Part shown: positions 17,497 through 25,325 of the stretch, one piece after another
Layout: each line of letters begins with the position of its first letter
Position numbering within the stretch: position 1 is the stretch's first letter
Virus record (IMG/VR): IMGVR_UViG_3300046643_000028
Span: 1 to 62,542 of that record
Source of the DNA: a virus
Lineage: Duplodnaviria; Caudoviricetes
DNA: 62,542 nucleotides
Direction: 5' to 3' (one strand)
Notes under the pieces: generated by a model
The model's input: the letters and a program-made list of their open reading frames with translations, nothing else
Databases searched by the model: none
Told to the model about the DNA's origin: nothing
Position numbers and translations under genes: made by a program

Positions 17497-18113
17497 TGCA
17501 CCACCCCATCTTCATCGAACGTGTAATCGTTGGCGAGTATGTCTTCCTCGCAGCGCTCAGGGTCCGACTGCCATTCGAAGTCGACGGCAAGCTGCGTGGT
17601 CAGCCAGTCACATAGCTCATGATAGATGTGCCCGAACGCTTCGTTAAGCTCCTCAAACGGATCGTCGGTGCCACCATCGTTGGGCGTCTCATAGTTAAAC
17701 ACCACAAACTCAACCGTCGTCGTGCGGCCTTGACTCAGGTTTATGTTCGCGGACAAGTTATCTGGGAACGCCAAGCCAAAGTTAAACAGCTTGGCATAGA
17801 TGCCGAGGATCGTGGCGTCGTCGGTACTGAGATCGGTACTGAGATCGGGGCTGGCCAACGGATTGACATCCTTCTTTCTCCATCCACCATCGAAACGAAC
17901 GTGGTCGTCCTGCCCACCGAACGACCATGCCCAGTTCTTGGATATTGGATAGCTTATCCAGAAGCCCAGCGCGTTGATGAGGTTGATGAAGTGTTCAATC
18001 TCATCAGTCGGGTCCCAGTCCTGCACGTTACCTTGCGCCATCCAGTTGAGCGCGTTCTGTTTGGCTTGATCCGATAGCTCGGCGAACTTGAATCCTTCCT
18101 TGATATCGGACAT
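17493..18113 (-). CDS. Highly acidic early protein
   Basis: FKFAELSDQAKQNA...ILANDYTFDEDG; contains 12-bp tandem duplication at 17821-17844 (DLST twice). Confidence 0.7.
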   Translation of the reverse strand: MSDIKEGFKFAELSDQAKQNALNWMAQGNVQDWDPTDEIEHFINLINALGFWISYPISKNWAWSFGGQDDHVRFDGGWRKKDVNPLASPDLSTDLSTDDATILGIYAKLFNFGLAFPDNLSANINLSQGRTTTVEFVVFNYETPNDGGTDDPFEELNEAFGHIYHELCDWLTTQLAVDFEWQSDPERCEEDILANDYTFDEDGVVQ

Positions 18114-18373
18114 CACTTCACCCCATGGATGTCGACCTTGCCCGAATCCTCCCACGCCAGCCTGCCACCATCGACGATGATCTTCAGCCACAACGAGACC
18201 ATCACGGCCGTCGTCTTGCGCTGCAGTTCCGTCTCGAACAGCATGACTTTGGGGTTGCCATACGACGGCTCGTTAATGATGGGCCAGTACATCTGATCGG
18301 CCCAGCTATTGCCGTTATAGCGACGGTGATAAACGTTGCGCGCCTCTTGCGTTGCTTGAGGAATGTTCTTCAT
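18113..18373 (-). CDS. Hypothetical protein
   Basis: 86 aa, packed operon. Confidence 0.55.
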   Translation of the reverse strand: MKNIPQATQEARNVYHRRYNGNSWADQMYWPIINEPSYGNPKVMLFETELQRKTTAVMVSLWLKIIVDGGRLAWEDSGKVDIHGVK

Positions 18374-18385
18374 GATGCCCTGCCT

Positions 18386-18607
18386 TTAGGACGCATTCGC
18401 CCTCGGTGTAAATGCCATGTAGGATTCGAAGCCGACAGACGGCATGACTACGCCATACAGGGTCGAACCATCTTCGTCCCCTGCCAACACAGTCCCGCCT
18501 ACAGTGGCTTCCTCGCAACGGCCGACAGCCTCAAGACGGATGAGTGATTCATCCTCTTGGTTGTGCAGCATGACGCTGCCGCCGTGATCGAAGTACAAGA
18601 TGTACAT
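18386..18607 (-). CDS. Hypothetical protein
   Basis: Probable start MYILYF; start uncertain. Confidence 0.45.
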   Translation of the reverse strand: MYILYFDHGGSVMLHNQEDESLIRLEAVGRCEEATVGGTVLAGDEDGSTLYGVVMPSVGFESYMAFTPRANAS

Positions 18608-18609
18608 GG

Positions 18610-18750
18610 TTAGACCGGAGAGATTGAAGCGATAGCAAACATCATCGTTAGTGCTATCGCCACGACCCCACCGCCTACCACGATGAACATAGAACGTCTC
18701 ACCGATACTTTCGGTGGACACGCCCGGAGTAAATCGTTATCGCTTCGCAT
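18610..18750 (-). CDS. Small membrane protein
   Basis: GGAG RBS; C-terminal hydrophobic stretch FIVVGGGVVAIALTMMFAIASI. Confidence 0.4.
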   Translation of the reverse strand: MRSDNDLLRACPPKVSVRRSMFIVVGGGVVAIALTMMFAIASISPV

Positions 18751-18973
18751 GAACCGCTCCCATTTTACGAATCCAGTCCGCGCACGCTTCACGGACCGAC
18801 TCTCCTCTGCCTACGCAAAAGACACCATGGACCAACCACATGCCCATGTGGAAGCTCACATTCACCCGAGTCCCGCTTCGGTATGCCGACAGCGCACGGT
18901 TACGCTTGCGAACCATCCACGCCGGTTCAATACCGACCTGCTGCGGCGTACGTGGAACCTGTACGGTGATCAT
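18737..18973 (-). CDS. Hypothetical protein
   Basis: 78 aa, ATGA overlap. Confidence 0.5.
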   Translation of the reverse strand: MITVQVPRTPQQVGIEPAWMVRKRNRALSAYRSGTRVNVSFHMGMWLVHGVFCVGRGESVREACADWIRKMGAVHAKR

Positions 18974-19185
18974 AAGATCACCACGGCGCGATCATGCTTG
19001 AGCAAGTTGAGCTTGCGGCGGTAGTCAGCGATGCGATGTGTGTCGATCACGTCGTAACCAAACCGCATGCCGGTGACGTACGACGTAGCGTCTACGTGCC
19101 GTGCGAACTGAGCGATTACCTCGCCTGTGCTGCTGTGTATGATGCTGTATGGAAGTACCACGATAACTCCTGAGTAATAAGACAA
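18970..19185 (-). CDS. Hypothetical protein (start uncertain)
   Basis: 71 aa ORF whose TTG start lies inside palindrome copy 3. Confidence 0.45.
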   Translation of the reverse strand: MSYYSGVIVVLPYSIIHSSTGEVIAQFARHVDATSYVTGMRFGYDVIDTHRIADYRRKLNLLKHDRAVVIL

Positions 19186-19207
19186 TTGGTATCAGCTACC
19201 AATTGTC
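19181..19207. promoter_or_regulatory. 27-bp palindrome, copy 3 (perfect arms)
   Basis: GACAATTGGTA-TCAGC-TACCAATTGTC. Confidence 0.8.
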
Positions 19208-19243
19208 TCACGTGTAAAAGGCTTGGCGAAAATGTGACCGTAG

Positions 19244-19822
19244 TCAATTGCCTGACTTCACTCCCGGCGTGGTTGACGACACTGACGTCGATGCATACTT
19301 CGGATCGTCGATGCGTGTCGATGCTGATTGAAGACCCACCGTGCCCGATGCATCGGACTGCACTGCGTCGTTGCCGGTCAGCAGATGATGCTCGCTCAGG
19401 ATGCCCCGGATTGTCGGGCTGATCTCGGCGAGCACAGCGTAGGATGCATCGCGCGCATTGTCACGAACGATAACCCGCTGGTCTGCAGCCGCAGCCTGCT
19501 GCAAGCGTTCGAAGACACGGAGCGCGATGCAATAGTTGGGAGACCACGGCACGTTGATACCAAGCCCGACAGGAAACGTACCGACGCTACCGCCTGCCCC
19601 CGATGCACATGAGTCAGGTGAGAACGACGATGAGAAGCCAATGCTCGGTGCCTGCTCGCTGGTCTTCACCTTGTCAGCACCATAGCTCACCACCTGCGTG
19701 AGCGGAGATGCAGCCACGTTGACGGCCGCCTGACTGCCGGTCTGTACTTGGTTGGTACTGTCGGCCTGTGCGTGGCCGATGACACCCAGCGCCAACACGA
19801 CGCCAAGAATGAAACGCTTCAT
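19244..19822 (-). CDS. Secreted protein with signal peptide and two cysteines
   Basis: MKRFILGVVLALGVIGHAQA-D signal; APS...SPDSC.SG.GG...NYC..LR. Confidence 0.75.
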   Translation of the reverse strand: MKRFILGVVLALGVIGHAQADSTNQVQTGSQAAVNVAASPLTQVVSYGADKVKTSEQAPSIGFSSSFSPDSCASGAGGSVGTFPVGLGINVPWSPNYCIALRVFERLQQAAAADQRVIVRDNARDASYAVLAEISPTIRGILSEHHLLTGNDAVQSDASGTVGLQSASTRIDDPKYASTSVSSTTPGVKSGN

Positions 19823-19841
19823 GATTAATCCCCAAGGTAGT

Positions 19842-19873
19842 AAAAGAAAAGACGCGTATCTCAACGCGTCTTT
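19842..19873 (-). terminator. Intrinsic terminator between the two secreted-protein genes
   Basis: Minus strand AAAGACGCGT-TGAGAT-ACGCGTCTTT followed by TCTTTT. Confidence 0.7.
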
Positions 19874-19909
19874 ACATGGCCTGCTGTGTGGTTGTGGTGT
19901 CGTCCCCTT

Positions 19910-20407
19910 TTAGAACGGCGAGAAGCCTTTCAGTTGCAACGAGCCAGCCAGATTCAGGTTGGCGCCGACTGCGTTGAACGTCGTGGTTTCGACAGCCGCC
20001 GTCTTGGTGTCGGCATACGAACCTGCACCATTGGCCGTGAGCGCGCCGTCCATCGGTTGTGCATTGCCCGAGATGCTGCCGGTCGTGTTGACGTTGGCAT
20101 AGGACGACTGGTTCACGTTGCCCACCGTCGATGCCGATCCGATCGTGCCGCCGATGATGGTCTGGCCACCCGTTTGTGCCGACGTACGATACTGCGATGT
20201 GCCGGTACCCGCGAGGTTCGAGACTGCCGTCGACTCGGTGTTGCCCGTGATGCCGCTGTTGCTCACGATCGTGCCCGTCGAGAACGTGCCACCCAGATTC
20301 AGTGCGCCGCTTGCGACATCATGTGCGTTGGCCAGCGGGGAGAACGATGCTGCGATACATGCCACTGCGAAAGCTACTGCGCCGATGCTGTTGCGAACTG
20401 CGTTCAT
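19910..20407 (-). CDS. Secreted Gly/Ser/Thr/Asn/Ala-rich protein
   Basis: Signal peptide ending PLANA-H; GGAG RBS; few charged residues. Confidence 0.75.
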   Translation of the reverse strand: MNAVRNSIGAVAFAVACIAASFSPLANAHDVASGALNLGGTFSTGTIVSNSGITGNTESTAVSNLAGTGTSQYRTSAQTGGQTIIGGTIGSASTVGNVNQSSYANVNTTGSISGNAQPMDGALTANGAGSYADTKTAAVETTTFNAVGANLNLAGSLQLKGFSPF

Positions 20408-20426
20408 TTTTAAATCTCCAAGGTGG

Positions 20427-20453
20427 GACGTTTGGTAGTCAGTACCATCTGTC
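20427..20453. promoter_or_regulatory. 27-bp palindrome, copy 4
   Basis: GACGTTTGGTA-GTCAG-TACCATCTGTC with TGG/CCA flanks. Confidence 0.75.
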
Positions 20454-20539
20454 CCAGTTACCAGCCCACGGAATGTGGTGCTGGGTTACAACGGGCTCTC
20501 TACCACAACCTCTATTCTCCTCAGCTTGCCGTTATCGGT

Positions 20540-20875
20540 CTAGGCAGGCGACAACACTTTGCTCACCTCATGCATGCACAGCGCCGTCTCGATCTCCCAC
20601 AATTCAGGCAAGCTCCACGACATGTTGTTTGCGCATTGAAATCTGCAATTGTCGGCAAACCCAGCGCTGCTGATATAGAACGACGTGCGCAGTCCGTGTT
20701 TGACTGGCACACGGAAATGCCCCGGCTTCGTTTTCCACACCTTGCATGCGCCCGTCACACGACAGCGCAGTGGTGTGCCGTCGCGGTTCACTTCTGTCGC
20801 ATGGAGCAGCACATCGCCGTACTTAAGCTGCATCGCTTGGTCTTTGGTAATCATGGTTATCTCCACTCTCTGCAT
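20540..20875 (-). CDS. Hypothetical protein
   Basis: DGTPLRCRVTG.CKVWKT.P..FRVPVKHGL; start may be 20854. Confidence 0.6.
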   Translation of the reverse strand: MQRVEITMITKDQAMQLKYGDVLLHATEVNRDGTPLRCRVTGACKVWKTKPGHFRVPVKHGLRTSFYISSAGFADNCRFQCANNMSWSLPELWEIETALCMHEVSKVLSPA

Positions 20876-21165
20876 GTGAGCTTCACACCGTGGCCGTCAT
20901 TCACACGGATGGTAAAGCGGGTTATCTTCCACAGCTTCACGTACGCCAGTGCATCGCCACGGTCGATGAAGTAGTGCACACCGACGCGCTTGCGATACAT
21001 CTCGTTCATCGAGCGCGTGATGTTGGCCACACCTTGGCGACAGTCCTGCACCCGGTCGAACGGCGCCACGGTACGTGCGCCTACCACCCTGCTGATAAAC
21101 ATCCGGTTAGTCGGCGTGTCAGCGCGCTTGAACACGGCCTTGATTGCCCTTAGGTACTGGCTCAT
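20857..21165 (-). CDS. Hypothetical basic protein
   Basis: AAGGAGG RBS before MSQYLR. Confidence 0.55.
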   Translation of the reverse strand: MSQYLRAIKAVFKRADTPTNRMFISRVVGARTVAPFDRVQDCRQGVANITRSMNEMYRKRVGVHYFIDRGDALAYVKLWKITRFTIRVNDGHGVKLTCREWR

Positions 21166-21193
21166 TGCATTGCCTCCTTTGCCTCTTGCCGTG

Positions 21194-21349
21194 TCATACC
21201 ACCACCTGTTCACGTGAGTGGAACCCATACTTTGCGTTCGAACCATCGGCAAGCGTCGCGTGCTGCTCGGACTGCTTGGTGTAGTGCTTGCCGGTCGCCG
21301 GGTCATAGAAGATAGACCCTATCGGCAGTTCACCGAATGTCGTTGCCAT
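21194..21349 (-). CDS. Small hypothetical protein
   Basis: GAGG RBS; MATTFGELPIGSIF...YTK. Confidence 0.55.
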   Translation of the reverse strand: MATTFGELPIGSIFYDPATGKHYTKQSEQHATLADGSNAKYGFHSREQVVV

Positions 21350-21687
21350 TACGGCACCTCGAAAATGATAAGCGTGAATGGGATCAGCCCTTTGGCGTTC
21401 GCGTGATGCCCTTGCAATTCGAAGTGCGCCGCCATGGCATCGTTTCGCGGGCACACATACATCTGTCCTTTGGATCGCGTCACACAGAACGGCATATCCA
21501 GTTCGTTGCATGCCTGATTGATCCGCGTCTGCGTGGTCACGCTGCACCATCCGCCAGTGTTGAGCGTGATGCGTTTTGCGCTTTTGATGAACACCGTGGT
21601 CTTGTGCAGCGTGACCATGATAGATGTGGAATCACGATATACCGTCGTGTTGCTGCTGCGTTGTGGGAGACGGCTTGTCTGCGCCAT
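21349..21687 (-). CDS. Hypothetical protein
   Basis: LHKTTV...ITLNTGGW.S.TT..RIN. Confidence 0.65.
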   Translation of the reverse strand: MAQTSRLPQRSSNTTVYRDSTSIMVTLHKTTVFIKSAKRITLNTGGWCSVTTQTRINQACNELDMPFCVTRSKGQMYVCPRNDAMAAHFELQGHHANAKGLIPFTLIIFEVP

Positions 21688-21711
21688 GATCTTTACCCCT
21701 TAATGAATGTG

Positions 21712-21738
21712 GACATCTGGTAGTTGATACCGTCTGTC
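21712..21738. promoter_or_regulatory. 27-bp palindrome, copy 5
   Basis: GACATCTGGTA-GTTGA-TACCGTCTGTC. Confidence 0.8.
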
Positions 21739-22182
21739 CTACCCCAGAATCTCGATGCCACCCGACTGCCAAGCCCGGCTCGTGTATGTGAAGAAACAGC
21801 CATTGCGACCGAACAGCCGATACACCGGGTAGACACCCACGCAGTCACCTAACGCGTTGTACTGGAAATCAAAATCGACAAGCTCGAAGCGTTCGATGTC
21901 CGACGCCGTTTCGATCTGCCACACCGCCAGCATGCGGGTGAATTTGTTGTGCCTGTAATGTCCCTTGGCAGTCATCAGCATCGCGGCCCAGAAGCGACGA
22001 CCCTTGTCCGCTTGCTCTTGGCCGATGTACCACGTTCTGGACATCATCTCGCAATACTGCGAATCGTCCGCTTTTAATATGCGACGCACCGAATTGATCT
22101 CGGCTTCTGTAATCACGCTGCCGTCCCGGATGTCCAACATCGACAGAAGCCGCAGCCCGACCGATTTACTTGTGTTGACCAT
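21739..22182 (-). CDS. Hypothetical protein
   Basis: 147 aa; AAGGGG RBS; bounded by palindrome copies 5 and 6. Confidence 0.65.
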   Translation of the reverse strand: MVNTSKSVGLRLLSMLDIRDGSVITEAEINSVRRILKADDSQYCEMMSRTWYIGQEQADKGRRFWAAMLMTAKGHYRHNKFTRMLAVWQIETASDIERFELVDFDFQYNALGDCVGVYPVYRLFGRNGCFFTYTSRAWQSGGIEILG

Positions 22183-22213
22183 GATCGTTACCCCTTAATG
22201 AATGTGTTACCGG

Positions 22214-22240
22214 GACATTTGGTATCTGCTACCGTCTGTC
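22214..22240. promoter_or_regulatory. 27-bp palindrome, copy 6
   Basis: GACATTTGGTA-TCTGC-TACCGTCTGTC. Confidence 0.8.
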
Positions 22241-22313
22241 CCTTCGTGTTTCACAAAACCTTTACATCAGACTTCATTATGATCGCTATGCCGTGATCGA
22301 TCTATGCCCGAGG

Positions 22314-22589
22314 TTACGATCCCAAGCCTGCCTTGTACCTCGCTCGCTGCGTTGGCGTCATCGCTTTTACCTGCCGCACCGATGGGGTCATTTTGCGACG
22401 TGGCGAGTGCATGGCACATCCACACGATGTCACAGCCCCGAGCTTGAGGTATGTGGCGAACGCTTCGACCACGCCGCCACACTCACAGTGGCACATCCAT
22501 CTCGCACGCCCGCGTGAGTCTGATTCGATTCGCGTGTGCGCTGTGAGCTTGCCAAACTTCTGTCCTTTGATGTCAGTAGGCGCGACCAT
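22314..22589 (-). CDS. Stand-alone Cys-rich module of the type found N-terminal to AP2/HNH endonucleases
   Basis: DIKGQKFGKLT...WMCHCECG...LKLG..TSCGC. Confidence 0.7.
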   Translation of the reverse strand: MVAPTDIKGQKFGKLTAHTRIESDSRGRARWMCHCECGGVVEAFATYLKLGAVTSCGCAMHSPRRKMTPSVRQVKAMTPTQRARYKAGLGS

Positions 22590-22591
22590 GA

Positions 22592-23305
22592 TTAGTTTGC
22601 CTCCTCATCGTCATAGCTCGGGTCGTAAATGCTGCTATCCGGGTCTCGCGGGTTCATGCTGTCGACTGGCTCACCTTCGCGCGTCGCCTGATAGTGAGCG
22701 ATCAGCTTACATGCGTTCTCATATGACTTGAGCAAGTCATCCTCGGTGCCGCGCAGTTTGGCGAACGTGACACCTTCGCGCCGCGCCCATACGCCCAGCC
22801 CTTGCGGCCCTTGCTCACCTATATGGCCGTTGGCATACAGCCAGTGCATCGCGCGAGCGTATCCCGGGATATTGGCTGGTGTCGGACCTTGCGAGCGCGG
22901 CTTGGGTTCGAACGCCTCTATTGGCAAACCTTGCGAATTCGTGATTACCATCACGCACGTTCGGGAGATGCTGTGCTTACCATTCGCTTTCACTGGCCCG
23001 GGTCCGGTCTGCTGACCAACCATCACTGAGACCATGTAGCCATTGGTTCCGTTATATCGTGGCGCGTTCGGTATGCCTGCCACTCGGCCACGTGTCACAC
23101 AACCACACGATTTTGTAGAGCCGGTCTTTAACGATTGTGCGAGTACGATTTTGTTGTTTCCACAATCGCACACACAATACCACTGCGCGCGCCCACCTGA
23201 TCCGTTCGCCACGCGGGCTACGGATATTAGTTTGCCAAATCTCTTGTTAGTTAGATCGGCGGCCCGGGCGAATTCTCCCGGCTGGTAATCGATTGATTCA
23301 TCCAT
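22592..23305 (-). CDS. Same Cys-rich module fused to an unrecognised C-terminal domain
   Basis: DLTNKRFGKL...WYCVCDCG...LKTGSTKSCGC. Confidence 0.7.
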   Translation of the reverse strand: MDESIDYQPGEFARAADLTNKRFGKLISVARVANGSGGRAQWYCVCDCGNNKIVLAQSLKTGSTKSCGCVTRGRVAGIPNAPRYNGTNGYMVSVMVGQQTGPGPVKANGKHSISRTCVMVITNSQGLPIEAFEPKPRSQGPTPANIPGYARAMHWLYANGHIGEQGPQGLGVWARREGVTFAKLRGTEDDLLKSYENACKLIAHYQATREGEPVDSMNPRDPDSSIYDPSYDDEEAN

Positions 23306-23393
23306 GATTTAGGTCTCGGTTTGATGGGGATTTAAGGGGTGCCACGCTACATAGAGTAATTGGGCAAAAACATTGCGTCAACATAATTCTATG

Positions 23394-23420
23394 GACAAAT
23401 GGTATCTGGTACCAAATGTC
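23394..23420. promoter_or_regulatory. 27-bp palindrome, copy 7
   Basis: GACAAATGGTA-TCTGG-TACCAAATGTC. Confidence 0.8.
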
Positions 23421-23650
23421 TTTTGTGTGCATAGGTGTGGAGTAGTGACACAAATACAGGGATAGTTTTATTCGAAGCCAAAAAATCAGCTTACTTGTTT
23501 GTAAGACTTCATGCGACATCGGCCATGGTGGCGGGTTCGTCGTTTCTTACAACAGATTATAGTTACATCAGCTTTTTTGAGCCCTTGCTGGTAAAGGCTT
23601 TCAGCCAATACACATATAAACAGAGTTTTTCAGGGGATGGGCTATCGTTT

Positions 23651-23764
23651 AATTTGAAACTGAATTGTTGGTTGTGTAGTTCGTATCAGAACCCTAAAAA
23701 ACCTCACATAGACCCCCATATGTCGGGATTGCGAGCTACACAACCAACAACTCGGTTTCAAATT
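23651..23764. repeat. 35-bp inverted repeat (4 mismatches, 44-nt spacer) in AT-rich non-coding island
   Basis: Arm 23651-23685 AATTTGAAACTGAATTGTTGGTTGTGTAGTTCGTA versus reverse complement of 23730-23764 AATTTGAAACCGAGTTGTTGGTTGTGTAGCTCGCA. Confidence 0.9.
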
Positions 23765-23917
23765 CGCTAGAGACATACAGTGTAAAAAGTGAGCTTTATT
23801 CATATAACTTAATTAATGTAAGTAAGTATCCAGCAAACCCATATTGGCATTGGCTCCAGCGACCTAAGTAATAATTGTAAAGCATGAAGTATTGAAGTGA
23901 AACTGATTAGTTAAAAG

Positions 23918-23930
23918 AATCAACAAGTTA
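23918..23930 (+). promoter_or_regulatory. IHF-binding consensus
   Basis: AATCAACAAGTTA matches WATCAANNNNTTR, with AT-rich sequence upstream. Confidence 0.55.
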
Positions 23931-23934
23931 CGTA

Positions 23935-23950
23935 CTGGATGGATATACAG
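23935..23950. promoter_or_regulatory. LexA (SOS) box
   Basis: (TA)CTGGATGGATATACAG matches CTG-N10-CAG with a consensus right half. Confidence 0.55.
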
Positions 23951-24052
23951 GGTTGTTAGCTCTTTGTGTCTAATTTATTGTGTGTAGCGGCAATTGGACC
24001 TTGCGTGAAACTATCTTACTGCACAGCTACTTTAGAGAATGTGCAAAAACGC

Positions 24053-24077
24053 AAAAAGCCGCTATGCAGCGGCTTTT
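24053..24077 (-). terminator. Intrinsic terminator, potentially bidirectional
   Basis: AAAAAGCCGCT-ATGC-AGCGGCTTTT. Confidence 0.8.
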
Positions 24078-24123
24078 GTAATACCAAAACGAGTTTTCTG
24101 TATAGGTGCGGCTCAATGCCCGA

Positions 24124-24297
24124 TCAATGCCCTAACCATTCCCCAGAATCAAATTTGTGGTTAGAGTCTCTATCCATTGAATCAGTTCTGACACACTCAA
24201 TCTCAAACAGATACCCAGCTATGCAGGCTACCGCGCACACCAAAACGAACAAACCAAGTAACCACGGGTCGGTCAGTATCTCGAAAACGTATTCCAT
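24124..24297 (-). CDS. Small single-TM protein
   Basis: WLLGLFVLVCAVACIAGYLF; GGGGG RBS. Confidence 0.5.
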   Translation of the reverse strand: MEYVFEILTDPWLLGLFVLVCAVACIAGYLFEIECVRTDSMDRDSNHKFDSGEWLGH

Positions 24298-24311
24298 GGC
24301 AGTAGCCCCCT

Positions 24312-24440
24312 TCAACCCAAAACGATTTTGTTGAGAGCAATAGCTTGCTCTATAGCGTCAGTGGCATCGCAGTACCAAAACTGAGACCCATCTAACCCTT
24401 TGACAACGAACCCGCTTTCCACGGCAAAGACTTGATACAT
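24312..24440 (-). CDS. Small hypothetical protein
   Basis: GAGG RBS before MYQVFAV. Confidence 0.5.
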   Translation of the reverse strand: MYQVFAVESGFVVKGLDGSQFWYCDATDAIEQAIALNKIVLG

Positions 24441-24510
24441 GGCGCACCTCAAAACACGTATTAGAAAGACGTAGACGGGCCGCCACGCGGCCCGCACCGT
24501 GAAACCTCTA

Positions 24511-25032
24511 TCAAGCTGCCTTGATACCCTTCAAAGCCTTAGCGGCCGTTTTGGTGCTTTCATCCGCGTCGAGGATGTTTGCGCACATCTCCAGAACCTT
24601 GAACACGCCGACACGAGCGATCATTTGCTCTACAGTTTCCGACACTGAGGGAGCGCGCTTTGACGTGTCGCCCTTCACGGCGCCAGACTTACCCTTGGTG
24701 TCAGCGGCTTTCTTTGCGTCACGCGCTTTGCGCTTTGCAATGGCAGCAGCATCCATGGATACAGGCACCTCGTTAAACGCGAGCTTGATAGCAACAGCGT
24801 ATGCCTTGCGGTAATACTGATTGTCGACCAAGCCTTTCTCTTTGCACAGTTCTGCCAGTGCGGACTGGTCCGCACGATATTGCTCGAACGACGGCGACTT
24901 GCTCGGATACTGCTTTGCGATCAACGTGGCGAGCTTTGCGCCCAGCGTGATCTGCGCCTTAGCGCATGCATTGGCTGCATTGAAAACATCTTTGTGGAAA
25001 GACGTGATAACGAGTGCGGATACTTGTGCCAT
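24511..25032 (-). CDS. Lys/Ala-rich protein, first gene of the leftward arm
   Basis: Start MAQVSAL after GGGG RBS; downstream of the promoter at 25127-25155. Confidence 0.7.
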   Translation of the reverse strand: MAQVSALVITSFHKDVFNAANACAKAQITLGAKLATLIAKQYPSKSPSFEQYRADQSALAELCKEKGLVDNQYYRKAYAVAIKLAFNEVPVSMDAAAIAKRKARDAKKAADTKGKSGAVKGDTSKRAPSVSETVEQMIARVGVFKVLEMCANILDADESTKTAAKALKGIKAA

Positions 25033-25126
25033 GGTGAACCCCAATAAGTAAATGAATGAATGAGTAAGTGAAAACATGTTGTGGTGCTGTTCGCTGCCTT
25101 GGTGCTTTGAATCAACCCACAACCTC

Positions 25127-25155
25127 ACTGTACCTGAGTGTAACTATCAAAGCAA
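25127..25155 (-). promoter_or_regulatory. Leftward sigma70-type promoter with TAGTTACAC in the spacer
   Basis: TTGCTT-17 nt-TACAGT. Confidence 0.65.
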
Positions 25156-25167
25156 ACGAGCAGGCAG

Positions 25168-25194
25168 GACATCCGGTAGCCGATACCGGCTGTC
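25168..25194. promoter_or_regulatory. 27-bp palindrome, copy 8
   Basis: GACATCCGGTA-GCCGA-TACCGGCTGTC. Confidence 0.8.
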
Positions 25195-25325
25195 CCGGTG
25201 CTGTGAAGCGAGTAATTCTTTTTCAGGTAGGCCGTGGCCCCCAAGGGGGGAATGGGGTGGTAGGCCCCCGGTAGTCGTCCATGGACACACATACATAATT
25301 TCTAGTTTTTAAGGACTTTCTTTCC

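Noticed and set aside
23651-23764. Protelomerase telomere site
   Set aside because: 44-nt non-palindromic centre and no protelomerase gene recognised
23298-24334. ORF-track entries 23298-23519, 23435-23770 and 23966-24334
   Set aside because: No good RBS, atypical composition, and they overlap regulatory elements or better minus-strand genes
13510-25194. Palindromes as a CRISPR array or as integron attC/lox-type sites
   Set aside because: Copies are 0.5-3 kb apart with whole genes between them; no cas genes or recombinase; the 5-nt spacer is shorter than the 6-8 nt of tyrosine recombinase sites
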